Below, in pieces: positions 57,029-64,000 of a DNA stretch of 64,000 nt. Location of the stretch: positions 384,001 through 448,000 of the forward strand of contig CAWFJP010000003.1 of NCBI GenBank assembly GCA_963816145.1, written 5' to 3'. The first letter of the stretch is position 1; every line of letters starts with the position of its first letter. Source of the stretch: an uncultured delta proteobacterium. Its GTDB lineage: Bacteria; Desulfobacterota; Binatia; UBA9968. The translations under genes and the position numbers were made by a program. The notes under the pieces were generated by a model. The model was not told the origin of the DNA, searched no databases, and worked only from the letters and a program-made list of their open reading frames with translations.

Positions 57029-58159
57029 ATGAACTCAACGGATCTCATCATCAGTGCCGTCGATCATGTCATCGAGCCACCGAGGGTTTGGACCGATCGC
57101 TTGCCGCAGTCGAAGTTCGGCAAGCGCATACCTCATATCGAACGTAGCGCCGACGGCGCCGACCGCTGGATCGTTGACGGGGGCGAATTTGCGCTCGCTG
57201 ACATGGCCGACGTTGGCGCCTTGATGAGCGACCGCGTCGCCATGGCGAAGCAATGGGACGACATTCCAAAGGCCGCCCATGATCCGGCGGTCCGGCTCAA
57301 GGCGATGGACGATGATGGCGTGGATTATAGCGTGCTCTACCCGAGCCTTGCCGGCTTCTCCGGCGAACGCTTCGGTGCTCTGATCGATCCCGGATTCTCA
57401 CATGCCTGCGCGCAAGCGTACAACGACTGGCTCATCGACGAATGGGTGAACCTAAGCGAACGCTTCATCCCACAGTGTATTGTGCCGCTCTCGCCCATCG
57501 ACGCCACCGTGGCGGAAATCCGTCGCTCCGTCGACCGCGGCCATCGCGGCGTAATCTTTCCCGCCGCCCCCATGCAGCTCGCCGCCCTGCCGCATATCAA
57601 TAGTGCAGAATACGATCCGGTGTGGGCAGTTTGCCAAGAACTCCATGTCCCGCTGTGCTTTCGCGCCGGCTCGACGCCGGAACTATTTCAGTTCCCGCCC
57701 GCGCCGACGATGGCGCCCGAACTGATGGCAGCGCTGCAAGCGGCCACCCGCTCCGCCAGCGCCGTGTTCGACCTGACCAATATTCTCTTTTCAAGAATTC
57801 TGCTGCGCTTTCCCAAACTCAAAGTCATTTTCGCCGGAAGCACCGTCGGCTGGGGTACGTTTCTACTTGAATACGCCGACCATCAATATGAACAAGACCA
57901 TTGCAACTATCCGTTGAAGCCCTCGGAAATGTTTCGCCGCCAATGTTACCTGACGACTTGGTACGACGATATTGCAATCCACGCGCGCCACATCGGCACT
58001 AACAACATTCTCTGGGCAAGCAACTTCCCGGCGGCCAACGCCACCTGGCCGGCAAGCCGCCGCTATCGCGACAAATGTTTTTCCGGGGTAAAAGATGATG
58101 ACCAACGACGCATCGTTTGGGGCAACGCCGCCGAGCTTTATCGGATCGACGCGAACTAG
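57029..58159 (+). CDS. Amidohydrolase-fold protein with degenerate metal site
   Basis: Fold motifs intact (MDDDGVDYSVLYPS, YNDWL, RFPKLK), but ISAVDH, LCFRAG, FAGS and WASNFP replace the ligand motifs. Confidence 0.88.
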   Translation: MNSTDLIISAVDHVIEPPRVWTDRLPQSKFGKRIPHIERSADGADRWIVDGGEFALADMADVGALMSDRVAMAKQWDDIPKAAHDPAVRLKAMDDDGVDYSVLYPSLAGFSGERFGALIDPGFSHACAQAYNDWLIDEWVNLSERFIPQCIVPLSPIDATVAEIRRSVDRGHRGVIFPAAPMQLAALPHINSAEYDPVWAVCQELHVPLCFRAGSTPELFQFPPAPTMAPELMAALQAATRSASAVFDLTNILFSRILLRFPKLKVIFAGSTVGWGTFLLEYADHQYEQDHCNYPLKPSEMFRRQCYLTTWYDDIAIHARHIGTNNILWASNFPAANATWPASRRYRDKCFSGVKDDDQRRIVWGNAAELYRIDAN

Positions 58160-58173
58160 AAGGAGCAACGACC

Positions 58174-58379
58174 ATGACCACGCCTTTCGCGGCAGCGGCG
58201 TAACCACCATCGGCGACAAGGACTTCGAGTGGAGCGAAGGCGACAGCTTTACAATCCCCCAGTGGCAATGGCACAAACATGTCAATCGAGCCAAAGACCC
58301 AGCCATTTTGTTCGTCATGAACGACAAGCCCGTGCTCGATGCGCTGGGGTTTTATCGGGAAGAAAGCGAAAATAAATAA
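58174..58379 (+). pseudogene. Internally deleted gentisate 1,2-dioxygenase-like cupin gene
   Basis: AGGAG plus ATG at 58174 joined out of frame to HAFRGSGVTTIGDKDFEWSEGDSFTIPQWQWHKH...LF.MND.PVL.ALGFYREE. Confidence 0.8.
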
Positions 58380-58381
58380 AC

Positions 58382-58487
58382 GTTCCATGGGTTCCAACCG
58401 TTCCAAATGTTCCAGGTGTTGATAGCGTGCACCGATTAAAGTTTCAGAACAATTGGAACCTATGGAACCACTGGAACTATTGGAACC
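58382..58487. repeat. GTTCCA/TGGAAC 9-mer-arm inverted element
   Basis: 4 x gttccannn, a loop, then 4 x tggaacnnn. Confidence 0.85.
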
Positions 58488-58511
58488 GATTTTCGTAGAA
58501 AGGACTAAGAG

Positions 58512-59921
58512 ATGTTATACAACGACCTGCGCGAGTGGATGCACAAGGTCGACGAGTTCGGCGAGTTGCGCACCGTCGAAGGCTGCGACTGGAAATATGA
58601 GATGGGGGCGGTGGCGGAAGTCTACGCACGCAACCCGCCCTATTCGGCGATCCTGTTCGACAAGATCAAGGACTATCCCGCCGGCCATCGTGTGCTGGTC
58701 GGCGTGCATCACCAGTCGCTCAAGCGCCAGTGCCTGACGACTCACTTGCCCCTCGACTACGACCGCAATCAATTCATCCAAGCCTGGCGCCAGCGCTTGA
58801 ACAACCCGATCTACATTCCGCCGCGGGTGGTCGACAGCGGCCCGGTGATGGAAAATATTTACCAAGGCAAGGATATTGACCTATTTTCGCTGCCGGTGCC
58901 CCATTGGCATGAAGGCGACGGCGGCCGCTACATGGGCACCGCCCATCTGGTCATCACCCGCGATATCGACGAGGGCTGGGTCAACATCGGCTGCTACCGC
59001 GTCATGGTGCATGACAAAGATACCTTGGCACTTTACATCTCGCCGGGAAAACAAGGGCGCATCATTCGCCAAAAATATTTCGACCAAGGCCGACCCTGCC
59101 CGGTGGCCATTAGCTTCGGCGACGATCCCTTGCTGCTCACCGCCGCGGCGAATAGCTTGCCGTGGGGCAAGTCGGAATATGACTATGCCGGCGGCATCCG
59201 CGGCCAAGCGATCGATGTCGTACTCGGCACACACACCGGCCTGCCGATCCCGGCGTTTTCCGAAATCACCATCGAAGGCGAATGTTATCCGGACAATCAA
59301 CGTCCCGAAGGCCCCTACGGTGAATGGACCGGCTACTACGCCAGCGGCGAACGCACCGAGCCGATCATCAAAGTGAAGCGCTTGATGCACCGCAACAATC
59401 CGATACTCACCGGCGCGCCGTCGTCACGTCCCCCGGGCGGTTCGGATGACACCTTGATCCGCTCGGCGTTCATCTGGGATCACCTGGAAAAGGCCGGCGT
59501 GCCGGATGTCCGCGGCGTCGCCTGCTTTCAGGGCCGTTTTTTCACCGCCGTATCGATCAAACAACGCTATCCCGGCCACGCCAAGCAAGCCGGTTTTGTC
59601 GCCGCCCAGTGCGGCGCCGGCGCCTATCTCGGCCGCTACGTGGTCGTCGTTGATGACGATATCGATCCCTATGATCTCAGTGACGTGACCTGGGCCATGT
59701 GCACGCGCTCCGATCCCCAAGCCGACATCGACTTCATCCGGCGCGCCTGGAGCGGCCCACTTGATCCGGTGATCCCGCGCGACCGCAAGGGCTTCAGCAG
59801 CCGCGCCGTCATCGACGCCACCCGGCCCTACGAGTGGATGAAAGACTATCCGAAAGTCTCGGGTTCGAGCGCCGAGATGAAAGAATTGGCAGTGAAAAAA
59901 TATGGGAAGTTTTTTTCGTAA
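58512..59921 (+). CDS. UbiD-family decarboxylase
   Basis: DLREW, HEGDGGRY, NIGCYR, EGPYGEWTGYY, VVVDDDID, WAMCTR, IDATRP. Confidence 0.94.
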   Translation: MLYNDLREWMHKVDEFGELRTVEGCDWKYEMGAVAEVYARNPPYSAILFDKIKDYPAGHRVLVGVHHQSLKRQCLTTHLPLDYDRNQFIQAWRQRLNNPIYIPPRVVDSGPVMENIYQGKDIDLFSLPVPHWHEGDGGRYMGTAHLVITRDIDEGWVNIGCYRVMVHDKDTLALYISPGKQGRIIRQKYFDQGRPCPVAISFGDDPLLLTAAANSLPWGKSEYDYAGGIRGQAIDVVLGTHTGLPIPAFSEITIEGECYPDNQRPEGPYGEWTGYYASGERTEPIIKVKRLMHRNNPILTGAPSSRPPGGSDDTLIRSAFIWDHLEKAGVPDVRGVACFQGRFFTAVSIKQRYPGHAKQAGFVAAQCGAGAYLGRYVVVVDDDIDPYDLSDVTWAMCTRSDPQADIDFIRRAWSGPLDPVIPRDRKGFSSRAVIDATRPYEWMKDYPKVSGSSAEMKELAVKKYGKFFS

Positions 59922-59990
59922 GTCGTGAAGGGTAAAGGGTGAAGCGTTTCGGATCCGAACTCCTAACTCCTCACGCCTTACCCCTTACGA
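59916..59990. repeat. Heptamer inverted element with TTCGGATCCGAA core
   Basis: cgtaagt cgtgaag ggtaaag ggtgaag - TTCGGATCCGAA (59948..59959) - cctaact cctcacg ccttacc ccttacg. The same unit occurs as a half-element at 35596..35625. Confidence 0.8.
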
Positions 59991-60002
59991 GAAGGAACAC
60001 CC

Positions 60003-60976
60003 ATGAGCAAAACCGTAGTAACATTTCTAATCGCGTTTATGGCGATCGCCGCCGCGCCGCCATCCGCCCCGGCCCAACAACTCATCCGCGTCGGCTACAG
60101 CGGCACCGGCGTGGCGAAGAATCTGCACAAGACCATCGAGCGCGCCGGACTGTGGAAGAAACGCGGCCTCGACGTGCGGCTGATTTATTTCACCAGCGGC
60201 GCGACCATGGCGCAGGCGATGGTCGGCGGCGATTTGGAGATTGCCGACTCCGACGTGCCGGCGATGTTGAACGCGGTGTCAGCCGGCGCTTTGGACGGCA
60301 AGCTGATCAGCGTCTATATCAACCGCTTTCCCTTCGCCTTCGTCGTGCGCAACGACATCAAAACGCCGGAGGACTTGAAGGGCAAACAGATCGCCATCAG
60401 CCGTTTCGGTTCGTCGTCCGATGTGACGACGCGCATGCTGCTGCGCCAGTACAACATCGATCCCGATAAAGACGTGCGCATCATCCAAGCCGCCGGTACG
60501 ACCCGCGTGCCCGCCATGATCGCCGGCCAACTGCATGGCACACTGCTCGGCACCTATGATGTACCGATCATTACCGACTCGGGTTGCTGCCGCGTGATGG
60601 TCGACATGTTGGAACTGCCCATCGACTACGCCCGCTTCGGCCAAGTGGTACCGACCCAACTTCTACGCACCAAGCGCGAACTGTTGACGAAATTCGCCGA
60701 GGGGTTGATCGAGGGCATCTACGTCTTCAAGACCAACAAAGATCTCGCCATGTCCGTACTGCGAGCCGAGGGAGTCAAAGGCCCAGAGTTCAGCTATCCC
60801 CGGATCGCCGCCGCCATGCGTGAACGTCCCATCCCCGAAGTAAAGGCGTCCAAGCCGTCATGGACTCCGTCCGCGCGGCTAACTCAAAAGTCACCCAAGC
60901 CAAGGATGTCATGGACGGTAGTTTGATCGAGGAAATCGATCGCAGCGGCTATATCAAGAAGCTTTATGTGAAATGA
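60003..60976 (+). CDS. ABC substrate-binding protein (NMT1/THI5 family), frameshifted near 60843
   Basis: Signal peptide APAQQ; DLKGKQIAISRFGSSSD. Adding one A in the run at 60842..60844 restores the typical tail GVQAVMDS...DGSLIEEIDRSGYIKKLYVK. Confidence 0.85.
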
Positions 60977-61037
60977 CAATGACCGTTTGTCTAATCATAA
61001 TCCGCTGGTAAACTGACTCTGATCCGGATTGGCAATC

Positions 61038-61283
61038 ATGGCAGAGTCCACCGAGAATTTAGTATTGGAATTTCTCACTTGGGTAGCGGACCGTCCGCGC
61101 ACCTATGAGGAGACGATGGACGCGTGGCAAAGCCATTGCCCTCGCCAAACGATTTGGGAAGACGCGATCATCGACGGGCTGGTCAAGATTGAGAGTACGC
61201 CGGCACCGCAAGGCTCGAAGATCTTGCTCACCGAACGCGGCGAGACGCTGCTTAAATCCAGAATGAATGGCCGCCTGAGTTAA
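61038..61283 (+). CDS. Small hypothetical protein (winged-helix-like)
   Basis: LEFLTWV..RPRTYEETMDAWQSHCPR.TIWEDA..DGLV...LTERG. Confidence 0.75.
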   Translation: MAESTENLVLEFLTWVADRPRTYEETMDAWQSHCPRQTIWEDAIIDGLVKIESTPAPQGSKILLTERGETLLKSRMNGRLS

Positions 61284-61323
61284 ATTGCGTCCGCCGCCAT
61301 CGAACCCGAATATTTCTGATTTC

Positions 61324-62199
61324 ATGCACACTTCCACGCTCCTCTTCGGTGCCACATCGATCCTCGGCTACAGCATCGCCAAGTTGTTTCCGGAAACGGT
61401 TCTGCCGTTTGTCACGCGCGCTAATCGCGCGAAAACCCTCCGCCAATGGCCGGTGTTGAATTTGGAAGACTCGGCATGGCCGCGCACGGTCTTTGAACAG
61501 TACCAACCGAACATCTTTATTCAGTGCCACGCGGTGTGTGACGTACCTCGCTGTGAGGCGGCGCCCGAATGGGCGCGGGAAGTAAATATCGTTTATCTCA
61601 AACGGGTGCTCGATGCCCTGCCGGACAAGACTCGTCTAGTCTATGTCTCCTCGGATCACGTCTTTGGCGGGGACGGTATTTACGACGAAGACTCGCCGCC
61701 CTGTCCGATCAGTGTATATGGTAGGACGCGTGTGGCGGCCGAAGAAATGGTTCTCAGCCGACGCGGCTCCTTGGTCATCCGCGTCGGACTGGCGATCGGC
61801 CCCTCGCCCAACGGTCGCACCGGCCATTGGGATTGGCTGCGCTATCGAATTGGGAAAAATCTTCCGGTAACCATCGTTCTTGACGAGTATCGTTCGGTGG
61901 TTTGGGCTCAGGATCTGGCGTTGCGCGTGATGCAGATGGCGGAAAGCCGTGAAACCGGCATCCGCCATGTCTCGGCCACCCGCGCCATTTCGCGCATCGA
62001 CTTGGCGAATCATCTCCTGAGCATATTCGGCGAACCGACGAACTACGATCGTGAAAGCCGATTCGAACGTGCCACGCCCCATCTGGGTCGCGTCGAATTG
62101 GCAAGTAGGTTTCATGGCGAATTTTCCCAGCCGCTGGCATGCGTGCTTGACAGCCCGTGTCGGATCCCATGGTGCAATGACCTTGGACCGACTCCGTGA
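61324..62199 (+). CDS. RmlD-like extended SDR / sugar-nucleotide-binding protein
   Basis: LLFGATSILG, YVSSDHVFGG, PCPISVYGRTR. Confidence 0.85.
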   Translation: MHTSTLLFGATSILGYSIAKLFPETVLPFVTRANRAKTLRQWPVLNLEDSAWPRTVFEQYQPNIFIQCHAVCDVPRCEAAPEWAREVNIVYLKRVLDALPDKTRLVYVSSDHVFGGDGIYDEDSPPCPISVYGRTRVAAEEMVLSRRGSLVIRVGLAIGPSPNGRTGHWDWLRYRIGKNLPVTIVLDEYRSVVWAQDLALRVMQMAESRETGIRHVSATRAISRIDLANHLLSIFGEPTNYDRESRFERATPHLGRVELASRFHGEFSQPLACVLDSPCRIPWCNDLGPTP

Positions 62200-62558
62200 A
62201 CACTAGCGCATGGAAGACACTGACAATTTCCGCCCTCGCCAGCGCATCGATCTGGCTACTGACACCGCTACTGACAAGCCACCGGGAGCCTTGGGACGCC
62301 GACGGCAGTTGCTATCTCGTGGCACTCTTGATCGCCGGAGCCGTGGCCGGCGCGATCGCACCGAGACCGCTGTGGGCGCATTATGCCGGCTCCTTCGCCG
62401 GCCAACTCGGCTACGAACTGTTCATTCTCCGCGTCGGTCCCCTGTTCCTGATGGGCGCGGTTTTCCTGTTGGGCTACTGCGCGGTGTACTCTATGGCGGC
62501 TGCGCTCGCCGCCCTAGTTCGCGAGCGGATCGTGAAAAGAAATGCTGAGTCCAGTTGA
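62196..62558 (+). CDS. Hypothetical membrane protein
   Basis: Four hydrophobic segments, REPWDA loop; GTGA overlap. Confidence 0.7.
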   Translation: MNTSAWKTLTISALASASIWLLTPLLTSHREPWDADGSCYLVALLIAGAVAGAIAPRPLWAHYAGSFAGQLGYELFILRVGPLFLMGAVFLLGYCAVYSMAAALAALVRERIVKRNAESS

Positions 62559-62598
62559 CCTACCGGTGGTAATTGATTCAAGATCGAGTTGCTAAACT

Positions 62599-63309
62599 AT
62601 GACCGCATCGCAAAACGACGAACATTTTCTCTGCCTACGAGCCTCCCCGGCCAAGATGGATGAATACTGGGCCGAGGGTTGGCGTCATTTCGGTGTTATC
62701 TTTGTCCGATACCGGACTTCATCCCATGGCGGCAAGCCTTATACCGTTCTACCTTTGCGCATCGATCTTGGGCGCTTTCAGCTAACCCGGAGCCAGAAGC
62801 GAGTGCTGGCCAAAAACCGCGACATCGACGTAATCGTCCGGCCGTCCATCATCAACAGGGAAAAACAGGAACTCTTTGAAAAACACCGCGTTCGTTTCGA
62901 CGACAACGTGCCGGACTCCTTGTTCAACTTTCTCTCACCCAATCCGGCGGAAATTCCCTGCCCTAATCTGGAGCTGTGCATTTATCTAAAGGGACGCTTG
63001 CTCGGTGTAACCTTCCTCGACATTGGCGAAGTCTCGACCTCCGCGATCTACGCCATCTTCGACCCAGCGGAGACCAAGCGCAGCCTGGGCATCTTGATGA
63101 TCCTTCACTCGATAGAATTCAGCCGCAAGCGCAACTGCCGCTATTACTATCCGGGCTACGCTTACCGCGAGCCGTTCAACTACGATTATAAGAAACGTTT
63201 GGGCGCCCTCGAATACCTCGACTGGAACAACGGCTGGCGCCCCTACCTACCGTCAGTTGACGCTTCGATTGACGGTTCAATGTTGGTAGTCAAATCTCCG
63301 CCGCGCTGA
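62599..63309 (+). CDS. Arginyl-tRNA--protein transferase family (ATE/Bpt)
   Basis: GWRHFG, PLRIDL..F..TRSQKR, SAIYAIFDP...RSLG, YYYPGY, YKK. Confidence 0.88.
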   Translation: MTASQNDEHFLCLRASPAKMDEYWAEGWRHFGVIFVRYRTSSHGGKPYTVLPLRIDLGRFQLTRSQKRVLAKNRDIDVIVRPSIINREKQELFEKHRVRFDDNVPDSLFNFLSPNPAEIPCPNLELCIYLKGRLLGVTFLDIGEVSTSAIYAIFDPAETKRSLGILMILHSIEFSRKRNCRYYYPGYAYREPFNYDYKKRLGALEYLDWNNGWRPYLPSVDASIDGSMLVVKSPPR

Positions 63310-63657
63310 GTGCAGGTCGCCGTCGTTTTCTTCGGCAACTCTAGTGAGATAACTCGCTGATTCGCAATCTCGCGAGGACCCACTATCAAGAATGGGAATT
63401 ATCCCAGACCGTCCCGGTGTGGCGCGCAATCCGTGAGAAGGTGTTTGATCCTACTCACTTACAAACATTGGAATTCTCCAGAAGGCAGCCAGACGGTGGA
63501 TTAGTTCATGCTTTGGCATTCGCGGTAAGTTCAGCGTCACCATGCCGTGAGGCAATCAGCGGCTTGAGCATGACCCTTAATCGCGGTGGCTCCGAATCAC
63601 TCCCTCGCCGTCCTCGTGCCATTCTCCCATTATCAAAATTCGTTTGCCTAAAACAGC

Positions 63658-63674
63658 TTGGTATGACGGTTGCG
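63658..63674 (+). promoter_or_regulatory. Sigma54 (-24/-12) promoter
   Basis: TTGGTATGACGGTTGCG fits GG-N10-GC, about 35 nt upstream of the cpaF start. Confidence 0.7.
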
Positions 63675-63708
63675 CATGCACTCCATCGAGTGCTTAGCGG
63701 AGGCAATC

Positions 63709-64000
63709 ATGAAAGAAGCGTTAAGACAATTACTGGACAAACGTGAAGGCAAGACTCAATGCGCCACATTTGAGCCCCATGCCGTCGGCCGTAATGTTTA
63801 CGACGAACTCAAGATGCGCATTCACCGCCAGCTCCTGGAAGCTTTAGATATGGCGAAGCTGGCAGCGGTGGATGCTCCAAGGATGGAAGCGGATGTGCGG
63901 CGCATCTTGCAGGAGTTGGTGATGACGGAACCACTGGCGTTGAATCGATTCGACCGCGAACGCCTCGTCCTTGACGTGGAGCACGAAGTCTTCGGTTTGG
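63709..64000 (+). CDS. cpaF: CpaF/TadA Flp pilus assembly ATPase, N-terminus (runs off window)
   Basis: Manual translation MKEALRQ...YDELKMRIHRQLLEALD...LNRFDRERLVLDVEHEVFGL(G); GGAGG RBS. Confidence 0.88.
   Translation, partial: MKEALRQLLDKREGKTQCATFEPHAVGRNVYDELKMRIHRQLLEALDMAKLAAVDAPRMEADVRRILQELVMTEPLALNRFDRERLVLDVEHEVFGL

Noticed and set aside
19669-58487. Short repeat clusters as CRISPR arrays
   Set aside because: Units are 7-9 nt, tandem and inverted, with no unique 30-40-nt spacers and no cas genes.
63417-63746. 109-aa ORF upstream of cpaF
   Set aside because: It spans the sigma54 promoter region, overlaps the cpaF start out of frame and does not resemble an Flp pilin.
1-64000. Long antisense or overlapping ORFs in the track (e.g. 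11518..12504, 22481..23413, 30975..32129, 32323..33168, 36379..37257)
   Set aside because: They are shadows of well-supported genes on the opposite strand, expected with GC-rich codon bias, and show no family motifs.

Overview
GC-rich bacterial chromosome segment. The gene content (many Amidohydro_2 enzymes, NMT1/THI5-type solute-binding proteins, MetE-core paralogues, UbiD, xanthine dehydrogenase-family large subunits) resembles Candidatus Binatia / deltaproteobacterial soil genomes; this placement is inference. The window holds about 60 CDSs: 7 amidohydrolases, 13 solute-binding proteins with only one permease/ATPase pair, korAB, def, ptrB, three toxin-antitoxin-like pairs, an intact IS1182 and the start of cpaF. 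I found no rRNA, tRNA or CRISPR array. Two of the three putative toxin genes carry an in-frame stop and are missed or truncated in the ORF track. The most unusual signal is non-coding. Many intergenic gaps hold an inverted-repeat element whose arms are 7-, 8- or 9-nt tandem units from unrelated families. Several of these families share a central TCGGA...TCCGA core, the elements nest inside each other, one is the insertion target of the IS1182, and a RAYT transposase remnant sits in a cassette bounded by 24-bp direct repeats. Other notable items are an intact amidohydrolase that has lost its metal ligands beside an active paralogue, a promoter-terminator leader upstream of GYD-korAB, a signal-peptide-less SBP-fold protein, and an HTH plus NDT/TIR-like protein broken by a 7-bp duplication. 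All family assignments come from motif recognition by eye; no database searches were run.
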